Origin: Naegleria gruberi
Taxonomy: Eukaryota
NCBI GenBank assembly: GCA_000004985.1
Contig: GG738890.1
Strand: one strand, 5' to 3'
DNA length: 64,000 bases
Shown here one piece after another: positions 32,572-42,864 of the stretch. Position numbers and translations under genes: made by a program. Below the pieces are notes generated by a model. That model saw only the letters and a list, made by a program, of their open reading frames with translations, was not told where the DNA came from and made no database searches. Position 1 is the first letter of the stretch; every line of letters begins with the position of its first letter.

Positions 32572-34032
32572 ATGATGAAGATGATGGAAAAGAAGAATAT
32601 TGGTGTTGTGAGTATTGGTACCCGAGGTGATTTTCAACCATTCATTGCCTTTGCATTAGCTTTACAGGAAAGATTGCCCGAATCACAAGTTTACTTGATC
32701 AGTAATTCAATCTATGATCAAGTTGCTGCTCAGATTATTCATGGTAGAAAATCAAAACTCTTATTCAGAGGTTTGAGTGGTAATCCGAGAGAGACCTTGG
32801 ATCATCCAGAAACAAAGAAGGCCCTAAAGACTGGTGATTTGAGTAAGTTAGAATTAAACAAGCCAACGGAGGATTTGATTAAGAAGTGCATGGTCGACTT
32901 GATAGATTTGAGCGTGAATCAAATCAAGTTTGATTGGTTTATTAGTGCTCCGATGACATTCCCTGTTGTGTGGATGCTTAGTGAAAAGTTTGAAATTCCA
33001 ATTGATTGTATTGCTTTGGTTCCTGATGCTCCAACTGAAGATTTCCCATTCTGTGTGGTTTCGGCTTCAAGTTTGGGAGCTGAACAAAATTTGGCAACCT
33101 ATGAAATGATTTACAGTGTTGGATTTCAAATGATGCAACACTTGTTCAATGAACAGAGAGAATTATTGGGACTCCCAAAGATGACTCAAAGTTGGAATAG
33201 CATGAGAGAAAAGCTCAATATGCCTCTCTTGTTTGCATGCTCTAAACATTGCTTTGATAATCAAAAACCATCCAAATATAGAGACAATGTTGAATTGACT
33301 GGATATTTAGAATTGAAATCTGAGGGAGAATCACTCTCTCAAGAATTGGAAGAGTTTTTACAAGTTGGCCAAGCTCCAATCTTTTTATCATTCGGTTCAA
33401 TGCCAGCACTCGATCCGTTCCAATTATTTGAATTGGCTCATGATGTACTTGTAAAACATGACTCGAAGAGAGTCGTCTTGTCCTGTGGCTGGACAAATAT
33501 TGATTCAATCTTTACAGATTTGAAGGAACATAAATATGAACAAGAACAATCCACAACCTTCTCTGAAGAGGAATCCACCAAATACGAATCAATTCTCTCC
33601 AATATGAGAGATTTAATCACAGAGAAGAGACTGCTAATTATTAAGGAAGCTCCATACTATTTGCTCTTCCCTAATTGTGCAGCCATAGCCCATCATTGTG
33701 GAGCTGGTACAACTGGAGCAGCTGTTGTAGCTGGAACACCACATTTACCAATTCCAATCTTCCTTGATCAACCATTCTGGGGACAAAGAATGTTCGATCT
33801 TGGTGTTGGTTCTTCTCCAATCTTGTTCAAGGATTTGACCAGTGACAAGTTAAACGAAGCAGTGAGTTATGTATTGGATGGAGAGAAGAGTGAATCTATC
33901 AGAAACAAGGCACTTGAAATTAAAGAACTCATAGAAAGAGATGAGGCTGATCCTTGTGAAATCAATGTCAATATTTGCTTGAAAAATTATTGTAATCATC
34001 CATTCATCGTTCCAAAACAAGAGCTCGAATAA
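32572..34032 (+). CDS. GT1-family UDP-glycosyltransferase, sterol 3-beta-glucosyltransferase-like
   Basis: N-terminal VSIGTRGDFQPF resembles UGT51 GSRGDVQPF. The C-terminal HHCGAGTTGAAVVAGTPHLPIPIFLDQPFWG resembles the sterol glucosyltransferase donor-binding motif. The ORF caller's start at 32545 is a TTG; the first ATG is at 32572. Confidence 0.7.
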   Translation: MMKMMEKKNIGVVSIGTRGDFQPFIAFALALQERLPESQVYLISNSIYDQVAAQIIHGRKSKLLFRGLSGNPRETLDHPETKKALKTGDLSKLELNKPTEDLIKKCMVDLIDLSVNQIKFDWFISAPMTFPVVWMLSEKFEIPIDCIALVPDAPTEDFPFCVVSASSLGAEQNLATYEMIYSVGFQMMQHLFNEQRELLGLPKMTQSWNSMREKLNMPLLFACSKHCFDNQKPSKYRDNVELTGYLELKSEGESLSQELEEFLQVGQAPIFLSFGSMPALDPFQLFELAHDVLVKHDSKRVVLSCGWTNIDSIFTDLKEHKYEQEQSTTFSEEESTKYESILSNMRDLITEKRLLIIKEAPYYLLFPNCAAIAHHCGAGTTGAAVVAGTPHLPIPIFLDQPFWGQRMFDLGVGSSPILFKDLTSDKLNEAVSYVLDGEKSESIRNKALEIKELIERDEADPCEINVNICLKNYCNHPFIVPKQELE

Positions 34033-34059
34033 ATCTTAAACTCTTTATACAATATGAAT

Positions 34060-35037
34060 TTAGAAAACTTTTGTCAATTTGAGAGCAATAGGAACACCTA
34101 CAGCCAATAAAATAGCTACAATTACAGTAAATATAACCACAACTGCAATGATAATGTAAAGACATTTTCTACTTGTCTTTTGAACCTTTCTGGCAGTCTT
34201 AATATCCTTAATACCCTTTTCTACATATTCTACAGTACAAGCACAGTTATATTCAATATTATCCAGTAATTCATCTTGTTGTTCAACTAACATGGCAAAA
34301 TCCATAAACATGGAGTGTAATTGTCTCAGAGAGTGTTCAATTTGTTTCAAATCATCGTGTGTTTCAGAAGCTTCATTATAGTAGGCATCGAGTGTGGCAG
34401 ATTGTGATGAGGTCAGACCATCCATCGATTGTTGAACCAAGTCAGCAGGATTCAGTGTACTCTTGTCTGCCATTTCATCGACAACTCTATCCAATTCTTC
34501 ACCACTTGCACCTCCACTTGATGAATTGACAATTTTCAAAATACGTTTCAATCTATTCTTGTAATTAGATTTGAATTGTTGTTGTAAATCTTGATAAGTA
34601 TTCAAAGTATCAATAAATTCCTTTGTCAGGAGAGCATGTTGTTGCTTTCTAATTCTAATTACAGGTGAATTTGCTTCTTCCTTTTCCAATTCCATTGTTC
34701 TTTCATTCATAGTTCTCAAATCTGTTTGAATTTTTTGAACATTTCTTCCAGTTTCGTCAATTAGCATCTTTTGACGTCTCTTTAATGTTTTTTGCTCTTC
34801 TGCAATAGTTGCCGATAAATATTGATTGTAAAGTTTTTGTAATTCTGTCAATTTAGTTTCTGTTTGTGCAATATTATCTTTAATATCTTGAACTTCTGCA
34901 TAGTATTCTTCCATAAATTTTCCCAACTCTCTAGTTTCGGATGAGTGAGCATCAGAAGATTCTCTATTTTCCATTTCAACATCCAATGATGAATATTGTG
35001 GACGACGCGATAATTCATTAATTCTGTCAATGACCAT
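34060..35037 (-). CDS. syntaxin (Qa-SNARE) with Habc region, SNARE motif and C-terminal TM anchor
   Basis: Syntaxin-like coiled coils and a SNARE motif (ATLDAYYNEASETHDDLKQIEHSLRQLHSMFMDFAMLVEQQDELLDNIE). The juxtamembrane sequence KARKVQKTSRK is followed by a TM helix IIIAVVVIFTVIVAILLAV. Confidence 0.8.
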   Translation of the reverse strand: MVIDRINELSRRPQYSSLDVEMENRESSDAHSSETRELGKFMEEYYAEVQDIKDNIAQTETKLTELQKLYNQYLSATIAEEQKTLKRRQKMLIDETGRNVQKIQTDLRTMNERTMELEKEEANSPVIRIRKQQHALLTKEFIDTLNTYQDLQQQFKSNYKNRLKRILKIVNSSSGGASGEELDRVVDEMADKSTLNPADLVQQSMDGLTSSQSATLDAYYNEASETHDDLKQIEHSLRQLHSMFMDFAMLVEQQDELLDNIEYNCACTVEYVEKGIKDIKTARKVQKTSRKCLYIIIAVVVIFTVIVAILLAVGVPIALKLTKVF

Positions 35038-35686
35038 TTTCTCTACTAGTTTCGAATATTAGTGTATTTTCTGTAAGTAGTAGTAACAGAAAGGTTGATT
35101 ATTTTAAATATTGGAAAGTTGATTATACTAACAAGTGTGATGATGAGAATGATTTTGTTGTTGATGATGTATTTGTTTTGTAGTTGTTGATTAGAGGAGG
35201 ATTAAAAATGTATTCGAAACCAACAGGTGCGATTTGGAATTAGTTTCGAATAAAATCCAATGATACAAACCTATTAAATTTTGATGTTGTTTGTTGTGTT
35301 CGATTTTCAAATTGATACAACGGATATTAATGTTTTTGCTTGCTGATGGCAAGGAGACGTTTTTTCTTTTTTTTAAATTTAAATATTGAATGTCGCTTGT
35401 CATAGATTATCAGTAACGTTCATCAACACCATAAGAAAGGAAGTTGTTCTAATCCTGTTTGATGTTCGAAAACAGAAGAAATAAGAGAACTTAGAATAAA
35501 TAAATTTTATTCTCAAAATTTTACAAAATATTGAAATTTAGATAATAATTGACATCTAAATGCAAAATCAAAGATGTTCTTCCCTTTCGAGAATGTATGA
35601 ACCAAACTTTGACTTTTTTTCAAAAAAGTGAAAGAGCTCTTGCGAAGAAACACTTTCACTTTTGAATTATTTCATTCATTGATGAT

Positions 35687-37303
35687 CTACTCTTCAATAG
35701 ATTCCATTCTGTGAGCAAATGAATTAGTATCATCGAATAACTCATCAGTGGTGGCAATTGTTGATTGAGGAAGGCAGACTTGGGCAAAATAGCTTTCATC
35801 TTGCTTTTGGTCAATGAGAGAAACATCCCTGTCAATAGCGTATGTCATGGCATATTCAGTTAATTCTTCATCGTTCATTCCTTGTTCATCAATGTTAATA
35901 ATATATTCAAAGAGTTCTCTATTGGTGAGGATGGAATTTAATCCTTGCTTTTGGAAGAATTCATTAACGTGTTGACAATCATTCTTGAGGAAAGACTTGG
36001 CATTCATGTGATGAGATTCAACTGATTGAGAAACATCAATAAAGTAAACTTCTCCGTGAAGATAGAGGATATTGTACTCACTCAAGTCAGAGTGAATCAA
36101 GTGAGCCTTTTGGTACATCTTTCTCATGTTGAGAATGACCTTCTTGTAAGCTCCTAGAAGTTTTTCCATTGAAGTAAAGTTTACATCTCTCAAACTTGGT
36201 GCTGGGAATCCTTGTTTTCCAATAAAGCTCATTAAAATAACGTGATCCTTGAGGAGATAAGGAGTTGGGCAACTGACACCAGCATCTTGAAGTTTCTTTA
36301 AATTTCTCATTTCCTTTTCAGCATACTTTTTAACATTCTTTTGGCTGTTTGTCTTTAACTTGTCCTTGAAACGATGTTCAGAATTTTGATATTCTTCTCT
36401 TCTACGGAATGAAACTCCAACAATTTTGAAAATCTTGATACAGTAATCAATTTCTGCACCAGTAGTTTCTCCAGTGACAACATCCAAGCATCCAACAGCA
36501 TGATAAACATGAGATTCCTTACCACTAGAAACACATCCATCCATTCTAGTGATAATTCCAGAATTCATCAACTTGTACAAAATCATTGATGTTCTGTGAT
36601 CCATAACCTTATCGGAAGTACTTTGATCAGTCTTGTCAACAGTACGAATTCTTTGAATTGTTTCCTTCTTATTTCTTCTAGAACTAAATTGTTGAGCACT
36701 GGCATCTTTCAATTGACCTTGGAATACTTTAGTATCTGCCTTCATAATGGCATCAATACGATCACCTCCAAGTCCCAAACTATTAGCATTTGAAATATAG
36801 GAAACATCATACATTGATTCCATAGCATATTCTTCATCAAGAGTTAAATCTTCATCTCCACGAATATTTTCCAAATCTTCTTCATCGGAATAATCAGAGT
36901 CATATTCTGGAGCAATATATTGTGCATTGGAAACACCTCCACCTCCAATCACAATAGCAACCTTGGAATTTTCTTCTTCTTGTAAAATTCTAGCCAATTC
37001 TTCATCAGTCAAATTTTCAAAAGATTCCTTCTCCGAGCTGCTTTCTTCTTGTTGAGATGCTTCAGATGAATTAGCTGCTTGTTCTTGAGAGTTTTGTCTA
37101 GCAGCCTCTTCCTCTGCTTGAATTTGTTCCAAAATCAAACGTTGTTGTTCAACATCAATTTCATCCAAACAAAAATCTTGTTCATAGGCAGCAGTGCTAG
37201 TAGTAGTTTGTGATTGGAATTCAGACAAGGAAATTCCCTTCTTCTTCTTCTGAGAGGCACCATTATTTTGGCCCTTCTTTTGTCCCTTGTTCTTATTACT
37301 CAT
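35687..37303 (-). CDS. RIO-family atypical protein kinase (RIO1/RIO3-like) with acidic N-terminal extension
   Basis: RIO domain motifs are present: GCVSSGKESHVYHA, the catalytic LIHSDLSEYNILY, and the metal-binding FIDVSQSV. Confidence 0.8.
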   Translation of the reverse strand: MSNKNKGQKKGQNNGASQKKKKGISLSEFQSQTTTSTAAYEQDFCLDEIDVEQQRLILEQIQAEEEAARQNSQEQAANSSEASQQEESSSEKESFENLTDEELARILQEEENSKVAIVIGGGGVSNAQYIAPEYDSDYSDEEDLENIRGDEDLTLDEEYAMESMYDVSYISNANSLGLGGDRIDAIMKADTKVFQGQLKDASAQQFSSRRNKKETIQRIRTVDKTDQSTSDKVMDHRTSMILYKLMNSGIITRMDGCVSSGKESHVYHAVGCLDVVTGETTGAEIDYCIKIFKIVGVSFRRREEYQNSEHRFKDKLKTNSQKNVKKYAEKEMRNLKKLQDAGVSCPTPYLLKDHVILMSFIGKQGFPAPSLRDVNFTSMEKLLGAYKKVILNMRKMYQKAHLIHSDLSEYNILYLHGEVYFIDVSQSVESHHMNAKSFLKNDCQHVNEFFQKQGLNSILTNRELFEYIINIDEQGMNDEELTEYAMTYAIDRDVSLIDQKQDESYFAQVCLPQSTIATTDELFDDTNSFAHRMESIEE

Positions 37304-37534
37304 CGGTCAGGAGGTGAAAATCAAATTCTAAATTCTGTGATGAATGATTTAATTTTTTAGCTTTTTTTTTTCCAAATCTATTTTTAATTTCAAATTCAAT
37401 ATTTCCTTCGAATTGTAACTTTTGAGTGTGTCAAGGTGAGAATTGAAGTAAAGGTTGAAAATGATAAAACAATGCAACATGAAATAGGTATGGGAGGTTT
37501 CATAAATGAAATAAATTAAATGATGTTTCATATA

Positions 37535-38821
37535 TTAAAATGTACAGGAGAGAGAAACTGCATAATGATCTGAAAGTTGAGTGCAAGGCATGGATTCGGT
37601 AATTTTCTCTAATGGTCGAAAGAATGGTTCAATGCAACAATTCTGCACAGAAAGTGTTGGGATTTGAAGGGATGATTCAACTAGAAAGATATAGTCGAGT
37701 CTTTCCTTAGTGATGAGAGTTTCTGGATTGGTGAGAATGACCTCTCTTGGTTTCTCTGTTCCATTCTCCACAATGAAATCTCCAAAAGAAATTGGATGAT
37801 TGCCTTGTTTCTCCAATACTAGATCTGTAATTGAAAGTTTGGATTCTGATTCACCCTTCCTTTCTGATAATTCCTTTACAATGGATGTATATTCATCAGA
37901 TATGTGAGAACCTTGAAGAGGGGAAATGTCGAGAGGATATTGTTTTTTCAAAGCTTCTAATGCTTCATTATTGTTAATTTCATTAAGACGATCCATCATC
38001 CAATTGTACCATTCTGGCTTATTTCTGGCATCGATATTGAAATCACCACAAACCAATGCTGAAACTCCACTGAATTGTTTCATCTTTCTGTGAATGAAAA
38101 TTGCCATTTCACTCACTTGAGATTGTTGAATTTTCCAATAGCTTTCGTCCTTCAAATCATAATTAGCCTGAGTGTGAGTATTGAATATGAGGAGATATTT
38201 CTTCTCCTGTGAATCCTTCTTTGAAATATCCAGCAAGACACTCAAAACTCCCTTTGTGGTATATCCATCAATATTCGATCCTTGTGAAAATATGAAAGAA
38301 TCTCTTTCAACAATTTGAAAACGACTCATAATAACCAATCCAGAATCAATTGGTTTCAACTTCCAAGTATTTCTCGACAAGTGCACATGTTCAAAATCCG
38401 AAAATTCCTTCAATAATTTACTCAATCGATTACTTGCTGTCGAAAATAATTCCTGTAAGCAAATAATATCAAAATTGTCCTCCTTCATCTTGATAATCAA
38501 CTCATCCAATCGTGCATCTTTATAATCACTCTTATTTGTCTTGACAATTGGTCTCATAAACACATTGTAGGATAGTAATTTTAAATCCATGAAGGCTCCT
38601 TGTTTAATGTCGGAGGAATTTCCTTCTTGATAATTATTCTTATCGGAGTAGGATTTTATTTTTCCACTCTCTTCCTCCTCATCAACAACTCTTGCAGCAA
38701 TAATAGAATGATCATCCTCACTTGTTCCCAATTGCAAATCATTCACCTCAGAAATAATTGGTTGTTGCTCATTCGAGTTTTGCATTTTTTTTAATTTTTG
38801 TAAAAATTGCAAATTATCCAA
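37535..38821 (-). CDS. endonuclease/exonuclease/phosphatase (EEP) family protein, neutral-sphingomyelinase/DNase I-like fold
   Basis: LKLLSYNVFMRP and FDIICLQELF match the EEP N-terminal motifs. C-terminal GDFN and SDH motifs are also present. An alternative start at MQNSNEQ is possible. Confidence 0.6.
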   Translation of the reverse strand: MDNLQFLQKLKKMQNSNEQQPIISEVNDLQLGTSEDDHSIIAARVVDEEEESGKIKSYSDKNNYQEGNSSDIKQGAFMDLKLLSYNVFMRPIVKTNKSDYKDARLDELIIKMKEDNFDIICLQELFSTASNRLSKLLKEFSDFEHVHLSRNTWKLKPIDSGLVIMSRFQIVERDSFIFSQGSNIDGYTTKGVLSVLLDISKKDSQEKKYLLIFNTHTQANYDLKDESYWKIQQSQVSEMAIFIHRKMKQFSGVSALVCGDFNIDARNKPEWYNWMMDRLNEINNNEALEALKKQYPLDISPLQGSHISDEYTSIVKELSERKGESESKLSITDLVLEKQGNHPISFGDFIVENGTEKPREVILTNPETLITKERLDYIFLVESSLQIPTLSVQNCCIEPFFRPLEKITESMPCTQLSDHYAVSLSCTF

Positions 38822-38982
38822 AAAAGTTATTTTTATATTTGGATGGAAAATGGAGTTATCTGGATAACAGGAAGGAAGATTAAGAACAAAAATGTTAGAT
38901 CTTGTGAGAATGGAAATATTTTAATTTATTTATTAAATCAATTTCAATTTTTTCAATAATTCTTTTTGGAGATTAGTTTACT

Positions 38983-39381
38983 TTAAACATCAACATCTCT
39001 AACGAAAACTCTTTCGGCCAATTGTCTTCCATTGAACAAACTATCCTTATCATTCTTTGTCAACCAAATTCTTGAATCCAAAAGCTTAAATCCATGATTG
39101 GCCAACAATGTCCACAATGTCCATGAACCAACAGTCATTGGTGAGGAAGAAATAATTTTAGTATTATTAACCCATTCAATTTCATGACCAATCAACAATG
39201 TAAGATTAACTGATCCGAATGGAATCTTGGAAACAACATCACCCTTTGCTAATCCACTTGGATAGTCAACCTTGAAGAGTTGTTTAAAAATTTCAGGTGA
39301 AGTTTTAAGAGTGCTGTGGACATCAAAGGAGTCAGATGTGGTGGCGATCACTTCCTTGACAATGACAAATTCTTGTGGCAT
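38983..39381 (-). CDS. small hypothetical protein (~130 aa)
   Basis: ORF 38983-39447; the probable start is the internal Met (MPQEF) at 39381, preceded by an A-rich tract. No recognisable family. Confidence 0.3.
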   Translation of the reverse strand: MPQEFVIVKEVIATTSDSFDVHSTLKTSPEIFKQLFKVDYPSGLAKGDVVSKIPFGSVNLTLLIGHEIEWVNNTKIISSSPMTVGSWTLWTLLANHGFKLLDSRIWLTKNDKDSLFNGRQLAERVFVRDVDV

Positions 39382-40082
39382 TTTCGATTTTTGTTTTTTT
39401 TTTATTGGATTTGATGGTTGTTCAACTATTTTCATCTGATTGATCAAATAATGTGATAAAGAGTGTTACATGAAAAAGATGACAGGCAAATCTTTCGGAA
39501 GAACTCTACTGATCTTGCCTTTAGGAGTTGTTTTGGGTAAATGAGAACCTTAGCTCTGAAAAAGTTGTAGTTACTATCCAACTGTTAACAGTTGTGCAGT
39601 AAATTCCTCAAGTTGCATATAAAAAATAAACCCAGATAACGCAGAAATCATGTTTGCTTTGAAAATGTTTATGATGTTTATTTATGAAATAATTGTAAAG
39701 CAATCTTTCTTTGATTTTGATTTAATGAACCCTATCATTCGAATATATTGTTATTCAATTTCTAATAACATAAGTAACTACAGTTTTTCAGAAGAATCAT
39801 TTAACCTTTCAATGTTAAAACAAATTTCTGAAGCATCACCCATAAATAGTGGTTCCCCACCACATTAAGACAAAAATTCACAATTTCAAGTATTCGTTAC
39901 TCAAATTCTAAACATCCTCTCAAAAAACAACCGCCTTCAATAACAAAAAAAAAAACTCATCACACAGTCTTCGTTCAGTTCCATAGTTTCCTCTGAACAC
40001 AACTCGTCATTATCAAATATATATAAAAATTTGCAAAAACACAACAAACTGAAAATTTCACAATTTTAGAAGAAAAAGAAAA

Positions 40083-42782
40083 ATGATTAGTGAATTGATG
40101 AATAAGCAATTTCTGGTCATTGACGAGACTGATATTGCCAATATAAAAATCAATAATGATAAATCGAAAGGATCATCCTCTCCCAATACTCACTCTCGGT
40201 CAACTAGTGGTGGTTTGGCAATTTTAGCTCCGAATTCACCACCTTCTCTGACTCCATTGAGTACTTCACCTTCTCATGGAAATGGATCCCCGAGTAGGTT
40301 TTCAGGACATAGGAGAGGATCATCACTTTCGAAAGGTCAATTGGAAATTAGAAAGGTTTATGAAAAGATTTCGAATAGTCCAATTTTTAATGTGAAGGAT
40401 AAAGTTTTGGAAAAGAATCAGAAGGCTATTCAATTGTCAAATGATGAATCTCTATTGGCACTCTATTTTAATGATTGGTTGGAAGTTATGGAAGAACAAT
40501 GTGATTCCCATCATTGTAATCAACATGGAAAATCAATCATGGTTAAGAAGAAGGATCATTTTCATGTTAAATTCACAATGTATGATATGGATGATTATCC
40601 ATTTTACTTTCCTTTGAATTTGTTGGATGATGGAAGATTACACGATGATTTTGTCAAGTTTAGTGTTACCTTTTTCATTCCTTCAATTAAGGAAAGAGAG
40701 AAGACATTTCTATTTTTGGAAGATGGGTTAGTACACAAGGTGGAAAGATCAGATTTTAAATTGTCAAGTGAAGGAGCTTTGAATTATAAGAGTGCATCCA
40801 TTGTGATTCGTGAACATTCGGATAAGTGTAAGATTTTGAAGAAATTGAAAAAGATTTGTAAAGTCATTCAAGAGTTCAATATTGACAAGACATTCCACAT
40901 GAATAATAAGGGTGGTTCCTTCTTCTTTTGTAGAAAGATTGCCAAGATTTTCTCAGAGGAAGGAAATTTAAAATCATCCCTTTCAGATAACATTAAGAAA
41001 CTCTTCAAATTGTGGAAAGAAAGTGCTGATAAGAAGAAGGAAGATGAGGAGCATTTAGATGATTTCTATCATGACCCATTCTACAGTAAGAATGAACACG
41101 TTCCAATGGATGATTTGTCAAATTTAGTCAAAAAGGCAACACAAACTATTCCAGAAAAGGTAAAGTCAAATGCTATTCATCCATCTGCCTATGAAATTAT
41201 CAATGAAAAGATAATGACAACATCCTCCATGATGGCCAATGGAAAGGATACATTCCCTTTATTCGAATTTCACTTACCAAAAAAGGGACACTTCCATTTT
41301 GAAAGTTACTCTCAATTCAATGAATTTCTCTATGAACATTTCCAAAATGAGGAAGGATTGGAAAAATTGAAGAAACAACATCCTATGGATTATCTCTATC
41401 TCAAAATTTTGGATAGAAAATTGTGGTGTTGTAAGATTGCTACAGGATTATTTGATCCTCTCATTTCCAAACCTTACTTGTTCAATATTGGATCGAGAAA
41501 ACCATTCTTTTCCATTCCAATATCTTTGAAGGAATATTTTGGAAATGCTGAATCTGTTCAAATTGATTATACCAAACTGAAAGAATCCAAACAAGGAAAA
41601 ACTGTAAAAGTTCTATGTTTGGATGGTGGAGGTATGAGAGGTCTGTGTATTATAGAACAATTAATTGCTATGGAACAAAAAACTGGAAAGAAAATTAATG
41701 AACTCTTTGACCTAGTGTGTGGAACGAGTACAGGTGGAATTATTTCATTCTTCATTGAGGCAGGATATTCAATGGAGGAGGTAAAAGCCAAGTACATGCT
41801 GATGGGAAGAGATATTTTCAATATTAAGAGCAAATTCTCAAACATGAAGAAGGCTTTTAATTTTTTGAGAGGCAAGAGTTGGTACGAAACTAAAATTATT
41901 GAAAAGTACTTTAAAGAAGAAACTGGCAGAATGGATTTGTATAGTGCAACCAATACTAGACCTTTCGTATTTGTGTGTGGTACCATCAAACCAGAGAAGG
42001 TGAAAGAACCAGGGTCTGTTGTCTCATCCAAGTTTGTTGAGCAATTCCCATATATTTTCAGAACTTATCCTAATCCTTTCCTCTCCACTAAAGAATTATC
42101 AGACAAGATATTGGATCCATATCTTGACTTTTTACCAAAGAATGAATATGATGACATCTTTTATTCGGGAACTACTACAGGACGTGGTGTGAAAATTGTT
42201 GAAAGTTTGAGAGCTACTACAGCTGCTCCAATCTTTTTCGATCCAACCATTATTGGAAATGACCACTTCACTGATGGTGGTATTGTAGCCAATAATCCAT
42301 CTGCCATTGCATTGAATGAAGTTATGAGAATGTACATGGGACATTCCTCCTTTATCTTTGTATCTTTAGGAACTGGTAAGAAGAGAAGAAAAGTTTTTGA
42401 TTCTGAAAGTATTGATATGAGTTCTACCGCTTCTTCAAAGAAGGGTTCTTCCTTCTCATCGACCTCTTCTGCGGACAATATCAGTGAGAGAAGTTTTGTG
42501 GAAAATTTAATTATCACTGCATCAGATCTCAAACTATTGATTGATTTGGTCATTTCCTCTGAGAGAATTCATGCTCAAATGTTGACCACTGTTAAATTAT
42601 TGAACGAGAGAGATGTTAATGCAAATATCAGCTATTATCGATTTGATCCAGAAGATTTGGGTCAATATGATTTGGATTGCATTCTTCCAGAAGTAATTGA
42701 AAAATATGAGAAGACAACCAGAGAATACATTCTCTCGCAACCAGACTTTGATGTCGTTTGTAAGAGATTATTAGATCCTTAA
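40083..42782 (+). CDS. patatin-like phospholipase (calcium-independent PLA2-like) with ~500-aa N-terminal region
   Basis: Oxyanion hole LCLDGGGMRGL, lipase serine motif GTSTGG (GxSxG), and the catalytic Asp in FTDGGIVANNP. The C-terminal tail is S-rich. Confidence 0.8.
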   Translation: MISELMNKQFLVIDETDIANIKINNDKSKGSSSPNTHSRSTSGGLAILAPNSPPSLTPLSTSPSHGNGSPSRFSGHRRGSSLSKGQLEIRKVYEKISNSPIFNVKDKVLEKNQKAIQLSNDESLLALYFNDWLEVMEEQCDSHHCNQHGKSIMVKKKDHFHVKFTMYDMDDYPFYFPLNLLDDGRLHDDFVKFSVTFFIPSIKEREKTFLFLEDGLVHKVERSDFKLSSEGALNYKSASIVIREHSDKCKILKKLKKICKVIQEFNIDKTFHMNNKGGSFFFCRKIAKIFSEEGNLKSSLSDNIKKLFKLWKESADKKKEDEEHLDDFYHDPFYSKNEHVPMDDLSNLVKKATQTIPEKVKSNAIHPSAYEIINEKIMTTSSMMANGKDTFPLFEFHLPKKGHFHFESYSQFNEFLYEHFQNEEGLEKLKKQHPMDYLYLKILDRKLWCCKIATGLFDPLISKPYLFNIGSRKPFFSIPISLKEYFGNAESVQIDYTKLKESKQGKTVKVLCLDGGGMRGLCIIEQLIAMEQKTGKKINELFDLVCGTSTGGIISFFIEAGYSMEEVKAKYMLMGRDIFNIKSKFSNMKKAFNFLRGKSWYETKIIEKYFKEETGRMDLYSATNTRPFVFVCGTIKPEKVKEPGSVVSSKFVEQFPYIFRTYPNPFLSTKELSDKILDPYLDFLPKNEYDDIFYSGTTTGRGVKIVESLRATTAAPIFFDPTIIGNDHFTDGGIVANNPSAIALNEVMRMYMGHSSFIFVSLGTGKKRRKVFDSESIDMSSTASSKKGSSFSSTSSADNISERSFVENLIITASDLKLLIDLVISSERIHAQMLTTVKLLNERDVNANISYYRFDPEDLGQYDLDCILPEVIEKYEKTTREYILSQPDFDVVCKRLLDP

Positions 42783-42864
42783 TAAATAAATTAATATTTC
42801 TTTCATTACACTTATCATGGCTTTTTTGAGGATTTAATTAAGGATTTAATTACAAGAAATTTAT